From contig CM120647.1 of NCBI GenBank assembly GCA_051362555.1, positions 11,942,651 to 12,006,650 of the forward strand: a stretch of 64,000 nucleotides of DNA, read 5' to 3'. Both the position numbers and the translations under genes were made by a program. Below are positions 62,516 through 64,000 of the stretch, piece after piece. Source of the stretch: Lingula anatina (taxonomy: Eukaryota > Animalia > Brachiopoda). Position 1 is the first letter of the stretch, and each line of letters opens with the position of its first letter. The notes beneath the pieces were generated by a model. It was not told the DNA's origin and searched no databases. It worked only from the letters and a program-made list of their open reading frames with translations.

Positions 62516-64000
62516 ATGTCATCTGTAGGTTTGTATGGAGACACTGGCAGACGATATCTGTCCTTACGATACAACTTTGTGGAGATGTCCTTGTGGACTC
62601 TTTCACCCGGTGTAGAGAAAATTAACATTGACTTACACGAGGTACAGCAAGGTTGTTGGGGTATCTTAAACGTGACTGAACAATTCTGCACCATAGCAAC
62701 ACTGTTTCTGAACACAGTTCATGAAAAGGCTGTTACACAGCATCACCTTCAGGACAGTGTTGTTTGTTATAATACACTCGATTTAACCAATTACAAGTTA
62801 AGTAGCTATCAATGTTCAAGTGCTTCTGATGTGCCAAAAATTCATTTTTCTTCAGAGGAAAGTAGTATATCAAAGTTTAACGTTTACAAATGGGTACTGA
62901 TAGCCATTGCCCTTTACTTCTCACCATTCATATTTGTTTCGCTCCTCCCAAAGCGATTTACAGTTCGCTATTCTCCAGAATGGCTTTGTAAAATGAAAAC
63001 GTTTGAAATCAGTGGCCCGGAAACAGGAACGCCCCTCGATGAATTGTTTTCCTTAGACCCAGAAAACCTGGTGTCCTCCTTAATAGTGGCGTTTTTTATA
63101 TACCTCTTTGCACATATTCCTATCTTTTACGTGGAATATATAAACATGAAATACTACACGGATTGTACACAAACTGTATCACCTTTTTTTGGGTGTCTTT
63201 TGGAATTGTATTCATAGTAACGCTATATCGTACTTGGATTTCTTCAGAAAGTTTTGAAGACTGGATAAACTTAATAGATTCTATATCGCATTTGCCAAAT
63301 ATAGTATTTACTGGGCTTCACTGGATGTGTCCTTGCGAATGGGTGACTCCTGACACAGAGAAGCTGGACTTTGTCTCAAACAGTCTCTTGGGTGATTACA
63401 TTTCACTTCAGAATGTAATAATCAAAAACCTATTAAATGCAATCAACTTTATAAAATTCATAGGTTTTCATTTGGATTTTAGCCGTCATACACCCATCCG
63501 TAGATCTTTACTCGAGGTTTTACTAGGTATTTTAGTCGGAATACCCATCTTTTTGATTTTATTGTTTATTGACCTGATGTTTATTGTGATTAGATGGTCA
63601 CAAAACGGGAATGTTGGCAAGTTAATTAAGTTATTAATTTTTATTCAAAAATTCGGTGTTGCAGCGTATGTTTCATATGTTTTTGCATTATATGTAGCTG
63701 ACTTGATGTCAGTAGTAACTCTAACTTTAGCTGGTGCGATTATAAACCACGACGCTGTATTGAAGTACGTTACATTAATTTTATCCGTGTTTTATTACAT
63801 TTGGCAACCGTTTCATGATATAAAAGAGAAGTACCGTATGTTGAAAGACATTGTATTTAAAGAATGCTCAACAACTGATCTGAAATACATAAAACATGCT
63901 CCAATTCAAACTACAGATGGTTCACAATCACACGCACTGCAAAATAATGAGATGTTACCAATGTCGGCTATCGTTATTAATACAGATACCTCAGTTACGG
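62516..64000 (+). pseudogene. Paralog B of the uncharacterised membrane protein; lacks the signal peptide and first ~100 codons, -1 frameshift at T7 63184-63190, runs off the right edge
   Basis: Aligns to paralog A from GDTGRRYLSLRYNFVEMSLWTLSPGVEKINIDLHEVQ. The -1 frame after 63190 is open to 64000 and contains LLGDYISLQN, VVTLTLAGAIINHD and FYYIWQPFHDIKEKYRMLKDIVFKEC, matching A. Could be a functional truncated gene or an assembly artefact. Confidence 0.65.

Overview
AT-rich, intron- and microsatellite-rich animal genomic DNA, consistent with a marine invertebrate bilaterian (the species cannot be fixed from sequence alone). Left to right: two tandem tRNA-Phe(GAA) genes, each with a 30-nt intron; a minus-strand multi-exon type II membrane protein (long tyrosine-motif-rich cytoplasmic N-terminus, TM, SEA, LDLa, MAM, 3x LDLa; enteropeptidase/TTSP-like, 3' part runs off the left edge); a minus-strand calmodulin-like gene (150 aa, 4 EF-hands); a minus-strand copper amine oxidase (760 aa); and two plus-strand paralogs of an unrecognised multi-pass membrane protein, each broken by a -1 frameshift at a T7 run and each preceded by an IRF-like element. 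Between the paralogs lie a Helentron-type (HINE-like) element with a 146-bp tandem array full of nuclear-receptor DR1 sites and a decayed RTE retrotransposon with a 13-bp TSD. Several MITE families, a 45-bp minisatellite and many microsatellites fill the rest. Exon coordinates were read by hand from GT/AG sites and phase consistency; no database search was run.
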